Virus record (IMG/VR): IMGVR_UViG_3300017700_000552
Span: 354 to 64,353 of that record
Reading direction: 5' to 3' (one strand)
Origin: a virus
Lineage: Duplodnaviria; Caudoviricetes
DNA length: 64,000 bases
Shown piece after piece: positions 54,205 through 63,442 of the stretch (the stretch's first letter is position 1; each line of letters opens with the position of its first letter). The notes under the pieces were generated by a model. That model did no database searches. It was not told the origin of the DNA and was given only the letters and a program-made list of their open reading frames with translations. Made by a program: the position numbers and the translations under genes.

Positions 54205-56232
54205 TCAAGGGCGCCCCTTCACCGGAACATACCGCAAAATCTGGTTGCGAACAGTAAATCTCGGGTTCGGCATTTGCGGAACGCCGGTAATGATCGGCGG
54301 CAACGTGCCGCGCTCATAGGGTTGATCGCCTCCCATGAACGTATAAGGCCAGACTTCCGGCTGCCATGCCCACGCCGTAACCATCGTCTGGGGCAGGCGT
54401 CCGACATTCCGGAACGGCGGATTGCTGATCGCCTGCCCAGGTACGCCGGCAGACAGTTTGCGCGACACAAACGGCCCATTGCCGCCCATGAACGAATAGG
54501 TCCAAGGATCCGGCTGCCAGATCGTGTAATTCATCGCCGCTTGAGCGCTGAATTTGCTCTGCGTCTGGAACGGAGGATTGTCTTCCGGAACTGCCGTAAT
54601 CGCTGGCGTCAAACGCCGCGGCGCATAGGGCTGCCCAGCGCCCGAGAACACCACAGGCCACTCCGGCGGCAACCACTGCCACGTCGTCGCCATGGTGGCC
54701 GCCATGCGACCGCGCTGCGTGAACGGAGGATTGTCCACCGCCACCGAGTGGATGCTCGAGACGAGCCTGTTCTGCCCATAGGGCATTTTTCCGCCAGTGA
54801 CCGTGTACGGCCAAACCGGCGGATCCCACTGCGCTACGTTCGACGGATACCCAGCCACCCGAGACGGATGGCGATACGGCGGCTCATTCACCACCACGTT
54901 CGTAATCGTCGGCGTTAGCCGGCGCGGCGCGTAAGGTTGCCCGGCGCCAGCAAACGCATACGGCCAAACCTCCGGCTGCCAGCCGCGCTGCTCGACCTCC
55001 GTAATCGGATCACGGCCGCCCTGAGAAAATGGAGGATCAGACGGGATGTAATTTGTGACGTCGATCGGCAATCGACGCGAAGCATAGGGCTGCATCCCAC
55101 CCATCGGGGCGGCAATAAACGGATCAGGCTGCCACTGCTGCACGATCGGAGACAACCACTTCGGCGGAATACCAAAGGGAGGATTGTCAACGATGATGTA
55201 CAAAATGGACGGAGTGAGCTTCGACGGCGAATATGGCTGCCGGCCGCCCATTCCACCCCACTGGTACGGATCGGGCTGCGCCGCCTGCACAGCTTGGAAA
55301 ATAGCCTGCGGCGTTTCACCTGGATGACGAAACGGCGGGTTGTCGGCAGGAACATTCAGAATCGACGGAGCCAGCGCGCTAGGTGCGAAAGGCTGCCGTC
55401 CGCCCATGAACAAATAGGGCGCAGGCTCTGGAACAAATTGCTGGCGCGGACGTCCACCAGATCTGTTTGCCTCCGTCGAATAAGTGAAAACAATCAGGCC
55501 CGCGCCACCGACACCCTGAGCCGTCGTGTCAAAACCACCACCGCCGCCGCCGTAGAGGCCACCGTTACCGCCGCGGCCACCGCCGCCACCACCACCGCCC
55601 GAACCATGCGTGGCATCCCACTCAGTGCCAGCGCCACCATTGCCAGCCGTTCCCGTTGGAACGCCGCCGCCGCCGCCGCCGTTCGTGCCGGATACGCCCG
55701 CCGCACCGCCGCCCGTCCCGCCGTTATTGTTTCCACCAGTTTGACCGGGACTTGCAGAACCACCACCGTTTCCGCCGCCACCACCACCGCTGACGGCGCC
55801 TCCGTTAGCGCCCGCACCCAAAGGACCAGCCGCGCCACCACCGCCGCCCAGCGTTGGGCCACTATCCGACCCGGCACCCGTGCCACCGCTAAACTTTACG
55901 GCACCAACACCGGACGCGGCACTACCACCCAAGCCGCCAGAGGCGCCACCACCACCGGCTCCGCCCTTAGCGAGAACAACGGATGTGCTCTCAAACCAAG
56001 TATCTTGACCGTTCGAACCAATGCCCGTGCCGCCGGCGCCTACCTGCCAGGAAACCGACTGCCCCGGCGCATACGAAGCTGCCGTAATTTTCGAATACGC
56101 GCCGCCGCCGCCGCCCGTGTAGACGTAACCCGCGCCACCGCCGCCGATGACCTCAATCGAAACCACCGACCCGAAGTCGGACGGAATCGTTCCACCCGTC
56201 CCGGACGTGATGAAAAGGCGGATAATGGCCAC
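54205..56232 (-). CDS. Virion protein: Gly-rich domain plus 8 tandem ~51-aa repeats
   Basis: aa 1-255 glycine-rich tail-fibre-type domain (VIGGGGAG...GLIVFTY); aa 267-675 repeats. Confidence 0.7.
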   Translation of the reverse strand: MAIIRLFITSGTGGTIPSDFGSVVSIEVIGGGGAGYVYTGGGGGAYSKITAASYAPGQSVSWQVGAGGTGIGSNGQDTWFESTSVVLAKGGAGGGGASGGLGGSAASGVGAVKFSGGTGAGSDSGPTLGGGGGAAGPLGAGANGGAVSGGGGGGNGGGSASPGQTGGNNNGGTGGGAAGVSGTNGGGGGGVPTGTAGNGGAGTEWDATHGSGGGGGGGGRGGNGGLYGGGGGGFDTTAQGVGGAGLIVFTYSTEANRSGGRPRQQFVPEPAPYLFMGGRQPFAPSALAPSILNVPADNPPFRHPGETPQAIFQAVQAAQPDPYQWGGMGGRQPYSPSKLTPSILYIIVDNPPFGIPPKWLSPIVQQWQPDPFIAAPMGGMQPYASRRLPIDVTNYIPSDPPFSQGGRDPITEVEQRGWQPEVWPYAFAGAGQPYAPRRLTPTITNVVVNEPPYRHPSRVAGYPSNVAQWDPPVWPYTVTGGKMPYGQNRLVSSIHSVAVDNPPFTQRGRMAATMATTWQWLPPEWPVVFSGAGQPYAPRRLTPAITAVPEDNPPFQTQSKFSAQAAMNYTIWQPDPWTYSFMGGNGPFVSRKLSAGVPGQAISNPPFRNVGRLPQTMVTAWAWQPEVWPYTFMGGDQPYERGTLPPIITGVPQMPNPRFTVRNQILRYVPVKGRP
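54208..55434 (-). repeat. Eight protein-level repeats of 49-52 aa
   Basis: Consensus QP(D/E)xWxYxFxGGxQPYxxxxLxxxIxxxxxDNPPF...W. Confidence 0.85.
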
Positions 56233-56297
56233 GACGCTACGCCCCCATCATGAGGTTGCGCCGATGATCCATGGCGGTGAAATGCGTAAAGAGTTGT

Positions 56298-56326
56298 TTG
56301 ACAAATGACGGGTTGCAACGCATAAA
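56298..56326 (+). promoter_or_regulatory. Sigma70-like promoter of the inverted HNH gene
   Basis: TTGACA-N17-CATAAA. Confidence 0.65.
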
Positions 56327-56347
56327 AACTGGCAACGGAGACCCCCA

Positions 56348-57013
56348 ATGACAGTCATGATCGAGCGCACCTGTCAGCAATGCCACAGCCAGTTTCAGGC
56401 GCCGCGCAAGAACCTCAGCACCCGACCAGTGCTGTTCTGCGGCGTCACATGCATGGGGCTGGCTAAAGCCGATCCTATGCTTGACCGGAAATGCAAGCAC
56501 TGCGGCGAACCATTTCAGGTGAAGGAATGGGATGCGAAAAAGCGAACGGCCGAATTTTGCAGCGCGTCGTGCCGCAACAAAGCACGTAGCCGACCGCTCG
56601 CGGAGCGGTTCTGGCAGAAGGTCAACAAGACTGGAACGTGCTGGTTGTGGACCGGCGCTTTGGATGGAAAAGGATACGGCGCAATCGGCGTCGAAGGGAA
56701 ACGGCACACCGCCTCCCGCATCTCCTACGAGATGGCTCACGGGGTGATTCCGAATGGGGTGTTCGTGTGCCACAGTTGCGATGTCCCCGCTTGCGTCAAC
56801 CCGGACCACCTCTTTCTAGGCAACGCATCCATCAACATGATCGATATGGCAAAGAAAGAGCGGGGCAACAAATCTCTTACCGCGGATCAAGTCAGGCAGA
56901 TCAGGACAAGGCTCCGCGCCGGCGACAAGCATAGGGACATCGCAAAAGATTTTGGGGTGTCCTATGGACTTGTTGGACAAATCAACACCAGACGTGCTAG
57001 GCAATACACCTAG
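56348..57013 (+). CDS. HNH homing endonuclease with two N-terminal Zn-ribbon repeats
   Basis: CQQC...FCGVTC; CKHC...FCSASC; RFWQKVNKTGTCWLWTG...VCHSCDVPACVNPDHLFLG; C-terminal HTH. Confidence 0.88.
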   Translation: MTVMIERTCQQCHSQFQAPRKNLSTRPVLFCGVTCMGLAKADPMLDRKCKHCGEPFQVKEWDAKKRTAEFCSASCRNKARSRPLAERFWQKVNKTGTCWLWTGALDGKGYGAIGVEGKRHTASRISYEMAHGVIPNGVFVCHSCDVPACVNPDHLFLGNASINMIDMAKKERGNKSLTADQVRQIRTRLRAGDKHRDIAKDFGVSYGLVGQINTRRARQYT

Positions 57014-57034
57014 CACGCTAAGTGCTTGATTTAA

Positions 57035-57520
57035 CTAAACTTCTGCAAAAGTTTGACCAAAAGCCCAATTCGTCAAAGTGGCTGGGGCCACCGGCAGATA
57101 CAGGCCCTGGCCCGACGCCGAACCGGCCGGCATCACGCGGGCTTCCGGCGGGGTGGCAACGAGCAGCCAGCCATTCAGCACGTTGAAAGCATCTTCCCAA
57201 ACAATCGTCTTGGTGCCGGCACCTTCGGCCGAGGCGTTGATGCCGGCCGTGCCAGCCGCACCGGCCGTGCCGCCGACAATGATGGAGGCCGTATCGGCAA
57301 ACTTCAGTTTGGTCGGAGTGGCAGAGGTAAGCGTCGGGAACGCCGTAACCTGCGTTACGATCTGCACGCGCTGCTGCGCCGAGGTCGCGTTCTGGGACTG
57401 GCCAATCCAATGGCGCATGAACATCAGGTTTGCGGCCGGAGCAGCAGCCGGATTAACGAAAACCAAGGTGGTGGCACCAGCAACAGTCAGACCGCCGCCC
57501 TGCACTGAAAACTCACGCAT
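57035..57520 (-). CDS. Putative virion structural protein
   Basis: Start MREFSVQ with AGGAG SD; beta-rich. Confidence 0.55.
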   Translation of the reverse strand: MREFSVQGGGLTVAGATTLVFVNPAAAPAANLMFMRHWIGQSQNATSAQQRVQIVTQVTAFPTLTSATPTKLKFADTASIIVGGTAGAAGTAGINASAEGAGTKTIVWEDAFNVLNGWLLVATPPEARVMPAGSASGQGLYLPVAPATLTNWAFGQTFAEV

Positions 57521-57612
57521 AGCCCTTCTCCTTCGATATGCCCCCAAGGGCTAGATGTTTGCCTCATCCCACATACCATAATCGGTTTGAGGGTGGCAGA
57601 AAAACTCACGCC

Positions 57613-58157
57613 TTACACAAATCGGCCGTTGCGCCAGGTGCGCCAGCCTTCGGACCCCCAGATGCGGACCACCTTCTGTCCGCGGGAATCCACCGAGCAT
57701 TCAATGTTGCGCGCAAAAGCGCCCGTCTTCACGCCGTTACGGACCACATCGTATTCGTGCGTCCCGGCCCGCCACGAGACCTCATCGTAATCGAAGCCGA
57801 GCGTCCACAGCGCGTCCTCGCTATCCCGGATCCACAGCGCCGGCGGAATGCAAACCGACGCCTCCGTGATCGGCATGTGCGGCCCCTGCGGCTTCATGAA
57901 GTCGAACCGCTGGAGATTGTAGACCTGCTTGGCCGCGTCGCGGACCTCGTGCCCGGCGGCCATTATGGGATGCTCGCGGCGGCAAGGCGCGCCGTCAGGA
58001 CGTCGATCTGATCCTGCAACGGCGACAGCAACTGGCCAACCGTCATGTAGACCGACTGGCCATCCTGGATCGTCTCAATCGGCTCGCCGCCGCTCAGCGG
58101 CAGCATGATCTGCGGCAACTGCGCGATCGTCACTTCGGCGGGTAGTTGAACAGCCAT
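57613..58157 (-). other. Two small ORFs (57613-57963, 57963-58157)
   Basis: Coupled ORFs in the virion operon. Confidence 0.5.
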
Positions 58158-58514
58158 TTAGCTCACTCCAGAGGTTACGCGGATCGAATTGCGGGGATAG
58201 TTGGTCGCTACCCTGATTTGCCCCGTCGTGGCAACGCGCGTCGATGGGGATTCGTCAATGATGTACGGCTCGACCCGGGCATTCATCACCGGCACCGGAT
58301 CGGGCGGCAGAATCAGCGTTCGCAACTGCTCCTGAGGGATATCTAGGCATCGTTCGCATTTCAGCAGCCGCGTATTGACCAGCGACGCCCCGCGCCATGC
58401 GTACTGCCACGACAGGTCCACGAGGTTAAAATTAAAGCCGCACGCATCGCAGATCGCCCACGCTTGCGGATTGCGAGGATCGACGCGCGCGCGACCATGC
58501 GGGCGATAAGCCAT
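58158..58514 (-). CDS. Zn-binding virion-associated protein
   Basis: Start MAYRPHG (TAATG overlap); AICDACG...KCERCLD.PQEQL. Confidence 0.65.
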   Translation of the reverse strand: MAYRPHGRARVDPRNPQAWAICDACGFNFNLVDLSWQYAWRGASLVNTRLLKCERCLDIPQEQLRTLILPPDPVPVMNARVEPYIIDESPSTRVATTGQIRVATNYPRNSIRVTSGVS

Positions 58515-59212
58515 TAGCGTCGCATCCGATAGGCCGAGAGACCAGGCTGGATCGACATCGCGACATTTTCGACATTCTGGGTAGCAGCCACCGTCCACGT
58601 CTCCGTAGCCTCGGACTTGAACAGCGTGGCCTTGTCCGGCGCGTATTTGCGCGACAGCCGAAACGCCAGGCCGGCGACGAAGGCATCCAGCCACAGATAC
58701 GGAATATTCGGCAGCTCGCCCATGCCAAGATTGGCGTTCTGGATCTGCACGCAGGCGTAATATTTCAGCAGGAACGGCCCCGTCGCATCCGGCACCGGCC
58801 ACATCGAGATCGTCGGCGCAATCTGCCGGTCAAACCAGAACGACGTCGGCGGTCCGGGCGTCAGCTTGTTCGCCATCGATGCATAATCGGTACGTGAGAT
58901 CGGCGACACCACGCGATCGGTCGCGGCGCTCGTGCCGGCGTTCGTCACGATATAGGCGTCCAGGATCATCACCACCCGCGGCGGCACAACATATGACGGA
59001 ACACCATCCAGCAGCGGCGTCGTGATCAGTTCGACCGACCACAGATTCACCTGTTTGTTCGACCACTCGACAAACATCAGGTTCATCTCGTTGCGCGCGG
59101 TCCACATATGTTCCGTCGTGACCGCCGCCGGCAGGATGCCAATACGGTCAAACGCCATCAGCACCGCAGAACCGTTGTCGATCGAATAGTCATAGGAGCC
59201 GGAGCTGGGCAT
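58514..59212 (-). CDS. Head-tail connector/adaptor protein
   Basis: Start MPSSGSYDY; ARNEMNLMFVEWSNKQVNLW...GPPTSFWFDR...WPVPD...WLDAFVAGLA. Confidence 0.7.
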   Translation of the reverse strand: MPSSGSYDYSIDNGSAVLMAFDRIGILPAAVTTEHMWTARNEMNLMFVEWSNKQVNLWSVELITTPLLDGVPSYVVPPRVVMILDAYIVTNAGTSAATDRVVSPISRTDYASMANKLTPGPPTSFWFDRQIAPTISMWPVPDATGPFLLKYYACVQIQNANLGMGELPNIPYLWLDAFVAGLAFRLSRKYAPDKATLFKSEATETWTVAATQNVENVAMSIQPGLSAYRMRR

Positions 59213-59220
59213 GGCCGTCC

Positions 59221-59682
59221 TTACAAAAGTCCGCCGGATGCCGTTTGCACCCACTGCGTTCCGTCATACTCCCAATCGGCCCACGAGTTAAGGCTAAGGC
59301 CGAGGCCGCCGATCAAAACATTGAACAGCCCGCCGGCCTCGCGCTTGATCCGAAATCGTGCGCCAGGATACGCCATCGTCGGGCTGATCGTCATGGTGCG
59401 GATCGCCGTCAACGTCCCCTTGAGGATTTGCGTCGGCGCGTTCTTCAGCGGCTGAAACGTCATGTTGGTGTTGGCGTTCGCCACGTTGTTCACCACCAGC
59501 GGACGAACAGGCTTCCAGAACCCGCCGGCGCTGATGCAGTAATCCGGATTGCCATCGTGCAAGTCCGTCACCCACGCATATTTGCGCGCGTTTTCTGTTG
59601 GATCCGGCATGTTCGCAACGGTGAAGTCGCCGGGGATAACAGACGTCGCAGGCGGCGGAAACGATGCACCAAAATCGGCCAT
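59221..59682 (-). CDS. Putative virion structural protein
   Basis: Start MADFGASF; beta-rich, ends WEYDGTQWV. Confidence 0.55.
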   Translation of the reverse strand: MADFGASFPPPATSVIPGDFTVANMPDPTENARKYAWVTDLHDGNPDYCISAGGFWKPVRPLVVNNVANANTNMTFQPLKNAPTQILKGTLTAIRTMTISPTMAYPGARFRIKREAGGLFNVLIGGLGLSLNSWADWEYDGTQWVQTASGGLL

Positions 59683-59683
59683 C

Positions 59684-60058
59684 TCAGTACCCTTCGCTGA
59701 ATGCCACCGCCTGAGTGCCGGTCTGCACAATACCCCAGAGCGCGCCCTGCGTCGGGATCGTCAAGGTGGCGCCCTTGGTCCCCACCAACAGAATGCCGTT
59801 GCCCACGGTTACGGTATTGGCCGGACCAATCCACACATCTGTCGTGCCCAAGTTCTGCACCATCACCGACGAGCGCCCAGCGCGCGCCGCGACGATCTGC
59901 GTTGCCGCAGTAGTGATCGTCACCTGCCCCGTAGCAAGGTTCGACGTGCCGCCGGAAATCATGGGAATCGGATTGTCGAACGATGCCGGCAGATCGGGAT
60001 TGGTCCCGCCCAGCAACTGCGCGATCGTGACATTGAGCTTGGAAAAAGCGGTGGCCAT
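59684..60058 (-). CDS. Putative virion structural protein
   Basis: AGRSSVMVQNLGTTDVWIG beta-sandwich-like pattern. Confidence 0.55.
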   Translation of the reverse strand: MATAFSKLNVTIAQLLGGTNPDLPASFDNPIPMISGGTSNLATGQVTITTAATQIVAARAGRSSVMVQNLGTTDVWIGPANTVTVGNGILLVGTKGATLTIPTQGALWGIVQTGTQAVAFSEGY

Positions 60059-60190
60059 TCATCATTCCTCTACCGAATGCGGGAAGAACTCGGGATGAAT
60101 GTCCAGCATCGGCTATGCCGTGAAACCCTCTCCCATCAAGGGAGAGGGTGGAGATTCAGTGTGCCGGAAATCCCGGCGCACTGCCGTGAA

Positions 60191-60484
60191 TCAGCAATCG
60201 GCCTTTTTGGACATGCGCGCCGGATGGACAACGCGCGCCGCCGAGGAATACAGGCCGCCGGCCGTCGTCGCGTCCGTGCCGCCCACGCGGCCACCCGTCT
60301 TGCGGGCGATCTTGTCGGCGCGGTGCTTGGGCTTCTTGCCATCGACCTTCATGGCCTCGACCTTGCCGCCCTTCGTGACCTTGGCCTTGGTCTCCCGGAC
60401 CACGTTCGGATTGCCCGAAACCAGATCGGTGGCGACACCAACGCCCGTAACCTTCGACGGTAGCTTGTGACGTGCTCGCGACAT
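60191..60484 (-). CDS. Small basic protein with RKTGGRV motif
   Basis: 97 aa, Lys/Arg-rich; GGAG SD. Confidence 0.55.
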   Translation of the reverse strand: MSRARHKLPSKVTGVGVATDLVSGNPNVVRETKAKVTKGGKVEAMKVDGKKPKHRADKIARKTGGRVGGTDATTAGGLYSSAARVVHPARMSKKADC

Positions 60485-60499
60485 TGAAGTCTCCTGAGA

Positions 60500-61195
60500 T
60501 TAACGGTCGGTCGAGGTGAAGATGTAATCGACGGTCAGCGTCTTGCTCACCGCCTCGCCGTTCTGGATGCCGATCACCGGCGCCAGGTTCAGCGCGTCCG
60601 GCAAGAACGCCGACGTCGCATTGATGCGCGCCACGCGGTTGCCGCCGACATAGGCGTAGATCATGCTCGACCCATCCCAGTGAAAGCCGACCTCGACCAT
60701 CGTATTGTTGGCCAACGTACCGACGCCGGTGGCCGACGTGGACCCCGTGGTGGCATCCTTGCGAACGACGAAATCCATCGCCGTGCTGCCGCTCGCCTTG
60801 ATGAAATACACGCCGTCCGTCGCCGTCAGCGGCGTCGTGCCAACGATCTGCAGGCCGACGACCACCGCGGCCAGATTGGCGTCGCTCACCTGAAAGCGCG
60901 CCTGAAACCACGCCTGCTTTCCGGCAACCAGCGACACATCCGCCGGGGTCTTCTGCAGCCAGGCATTGTTGCCGTTCGCGGCGCCGTTCGTCAGGATCAG
61001 CAGGCCGTTGTTGCCGGCGACCAGCGCCGCCGTGCCGGACCCCGCCGAGGTCAGGACGAAATCGCCCGCCGTGTACGAGTCGAAATCGTTGAAATACGTG
61101 TGCTGCAGCGTCGGCACCAAGGCCGGATAGCTCTGCATCGCACCCGACTGTAGCGGGCCATTGTTGATGCCATCCGGGAAATTCGTAACAGGCAT
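60500..61195 (-). CDS. Putative capsid decoration protein
   Basis: TNFPDG...HTYFNDF; beta-rich; follows the major capsid gene; GAGGGG SD. Confidence 0.55.
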   Translation of the reverse strand: MPVTNFPDGINNGPLQSGAMQSYPALVPTLQHTYFNDFDSYTAGDFVLTSAGSGTAALVAGNNGLLILTNGAANGNNAWLQKTPADVSLVAGKQAWFQARFQVSDANLAAVVVGLQIVGTTPLTATDGVYFIKASGSTAMDFVVRKDATTGSTSATGVGTLANNTMVEVGFHWDGSSMIYAYVGGNRVARINATSAFLPDALNLAPVIGIQNGEAVSKTLTVDYIFTSTDR

Positions 61196-61205
61196 TGTGG
61201 CCCCC

Positions 61206-61727
61206 TCAAGTAGCAGCGGCGAATTCGCCGTGAAGTTCTTCCGAAGCCTTCAGATACGCAGCGTGCGCCAGTTCTGGAGTGTCGAAGTAGCCAAGATGCT
61301 GCCTCACGCCATCCTTCGTGGCAATCGCTCTGTATCTGATCGACCTCCGTTTTTGGACAGCCTGCACGCCCTTAGGCATACCCGCCGAATTCTTAGATCG
61401 GTACTTTCTGCAGTTGGCCTTGTTCTGAGAACCAGTAGCCAGCCGCAGATTGTCCCACTTGTCGTTGCCTACATTCCGATCCTTGTGATCCACCTGATGC
61501 GGTGGCCACTCCCCCGTCATATAAACCCAAATGATTCGCGTGGTGCGATAGTTCGTCCCGTTGTAGGTGACGGTCCCATAGCCCTCATGCGTGTTGTAGG
61601 AGCCTGCAGGCGATCCGGCAGGAATTCTTCCGTACCTTCCGCTTGCACCCCTCCATCGGAGCAACCCCTCCGATGGATCGTAATTGAAAAGCTCTCTCAC
61701 TTGCTCGGCAGTCAAATCGTTCAGCAT
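61206..61727 (-). CDS. HNH endonuclease with AP2-like C-terminal domain
   Basis: LFNYDPSEG...YMTGEWP..QVDHKDR...DKWDNLRLAT..QN; HLGYFDTPELAHAAY. Confidence 0.88.
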   Translation of the reverse strand: MLNDLTAEQVRELFNYDPSEGLLRWRGASGRYGRIPAGSPAGSYNTHEGYGTVTYNGTNYRTTRIIWVYMTGEWPPHQVDHKDRNVGNDKWDNLRLATGSQNKANCRKYRSKNSAGMPKGVQAVQKRRSIRYRAIATKDGVRQHLGYFDTPELAHAAYLKASEELHGEFAAAT

Positions 61728-61796
61728 GAAAACCTCCATGAATTACGATCTAAAACTGCCTCCTTTTGGGGTTTTGAGCAAGAAAAAGTTAGCTAA

Positions 61797-62708
61797 CTAT
61801 GAACTCGGGAACTCGCCCCAGGCGCATCTTGGGTCATTTACGCCAAACGAGTAGCGCTCATATGCCTTGACAAGTAAATTGTCAGTTACGTTGTCAACCC
61901 ACATATCGCTCTCATACGGAATACGGAGCATGTGGATGAAGCCGTCGATGTTGGTCGTCATGAACCACGCGTAGGGCGAGGTCAGATAGTCCATGACGAG
62001 GTAGCCATCGGGGAGGCCGCCGGACTGCCAGAGCAGCGCGTTGACGTCGTTGTTGGCCGTGCCGGGACGCAGCTCCGTCTTGGTCAGACGGATCGCGGTG
62101 GCCTCGAGGGCCGGCGGCACGATCAGGCGACGCTGGCGTGCCATAATCTTGATGCCGCGCTCATCCACGAACCCGCGGATGTTGACCCAGTTCGCCGACA
62201 GAGACGCCTCGTTCAGCGACTTCGGCACCGCCGAGGTGTTCGCCCAGGTGCCGCCGTCATACGGATGCGCCGTGGAGAACAGCGGCTGGCCATCGCCGAC
62301 CTGCTGCGCGTTGTAGACGTTGCCGGTGTTCAGGATGTTCGCCGCCTGAATTTCCTTGAACGCGGAGAATACGTCCTGGAGCTTCAGGTTGGTCGGGTTG
62401 AACTTGGCCTTGTAGAGGTTGTCATCGATCGCCTTGCGGGTGATCGCGTAGCCGAGAGCGACTTCGATGTGGACGAACTGCCAGGTCCAGCGCTCGCCGG
62501 CGCCGTTGTCGAACTGCGTTGCGGCGCCCTCATCCTTGAGGTGCGGCAGCGACATGAACGCCATCTGCGTGGAGCGCTCGACTGCCATTTTGGAGTTATG
62601 GGTCGAGAACACCTTATCCCACTGCCGCGGAATGCGATCGTAGGAGCCGCGGACGTCGAACAGGCCGGGGAGGAGTTCAGAGCGGACAGAACTGAGGCTG
62701 ATAGGCAT
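61797..62708 (-). CDS. Major capsid protein
   Basis: 303 aa; KDEGAATQFD, GYAITRKAIDDNLY, ANILNTG, GDGQPLFSTAHP, RLIVPP, KAYERYSFG. Confidence 0.88.
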   Translation of the reverse strand: MPISLSSVRSELLPGLFDVRGSYDRIPRQWDKVFSTHNSKMAVERSTQMAFMSLPHLKDEGAATQFDNGAGERWTWQFVHIEVALGYAITRKAIDDNLYKAKFNPTNLKLQDVFSAFKEIQAANILNTGNVYNAQQVGDGQPLFSTAHPYDGGTWANTSAVPKSLNEASLSANWVNIRGFVDERGIKIMARQRRLIVPPALEATAIRLTKTELRPGTANNDVNALLWQSGGLPDGYLVMDYLTSPYAWFMTTNIDGFIHMLRIPYESDMWVDNVTDNLLVKAYERYSFGVNDPRCAWGEFPSS

Positions 62709-62711
62709 AGC

Positions 62712-63314
62712 TTAAACTCCCCCGGTGCCGGCTTTGTAATCCTGCTGGTTAAACGTAACCTGCACGATGTTGTAAGCCGTGGTGTTGTCCGCGCCGTTGC
62801 CCTGTTCCCCCAGGCCGCCGGCATTGAGATTACCGCCACCAAGACCAACGATCTTGAAGGGCAGCGTGGCGGTGGTGCCAAGGTTCGACAGCGAAGCGCC
62901 GGAGTTGGCCGGACCGACGACGGAGCCGGTGCCGATGGTGAAATCCGCGTTCTGCCCGATGTCGGCGAACGTGATGGGGCCGAGCAGGGCCTGCACCTCG
63001 AACAGCGCGCCGGGAGCGGCGATCACATGGGCAATGGCATCCGCCTGCGCGGCGCCGGGCCAATATGGGCTGAAGGTGTACTTGCCGGCCGCATCCAGGA
63101 ATTCGCAACCCTGAAAAATGCCGATCGGGCCGAGGGTGGCACCGTTGACGCCCTGCGCGATGTAGCCCGTCGAGAGCAGCACCACCGGGTCGCCGAAGAA
63201 GATTTTCGTTGCGTTGGCAGCCGCAATTACTTGCGTCTTCAACTGCATGTCCGGCGCATACCCGGGCAGATACCCGACATGGCGGAAACCAAAAGGCGCA
63301 CTCGTGTTGGGCAT
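62712..63314 (-). CDS. Capsid-associated protein upstream of the major capsid gene
   Basis: MPNTSAPFGFR...IFFGDPV...GIFQGCEF. Confidence 0.7.
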   Translation of the reverse strand: MPNTSAPFGFRHVGYLPGYAPDMQLKTQVIAAANATKIFFGDPVVLLSTGYIAQGVNGATLGPIGIFQGCEFLDAAGKYTFSPYWPGAAQADAIAHVIAAPGALFEVQALLGPITFADIGQNADFTIGTGSVVGPANSGASLSNLGTTATLPFKIVGLGGGNLNAGGLGEQGNGADNTTAYNIVQVTFNQQDYKAGTGGV

Positions 63315-63442
63315 TGGTGCCGAGCCTCTGAATTTTTCACGGAGACTGATCTGGCACTCTCTGCCTGATCAAGTAACCAACGGTCGCGCTGCACGCGGCA
63401 ACCAGATGATGGGAGGGAGACACGCTCGACCTCTACATATCG

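Noticed and set aside
54205-54215. Programmed +1 frameshift from the repeat protein into the next gene
   Set aside because: CCT-TGA offers no re-pairing in the +1 frame; an SD-led AUU start explains the downstream frame more simply.
54208-55434. CRISPR array or DGR template/variable repeats
   Set aside because: Repeats are conserved only at protein level, with no identical DNA repeats, no adenine-specific mismatches and no reverse transcriptase or cas genes.
56237-56809. 190-aa minus-strand ORF antisense to the HNH at 56348
   Set aside because: No flanking intein or host-gene halves; the frame closes within the HNH gene.
61797-61799. Genome-wide TAG recoding or capsid read-through
   Set aside because: Several genes end sensibly at TAG, no suppressor tRNA was seen, and read-through would add only 17 aa.
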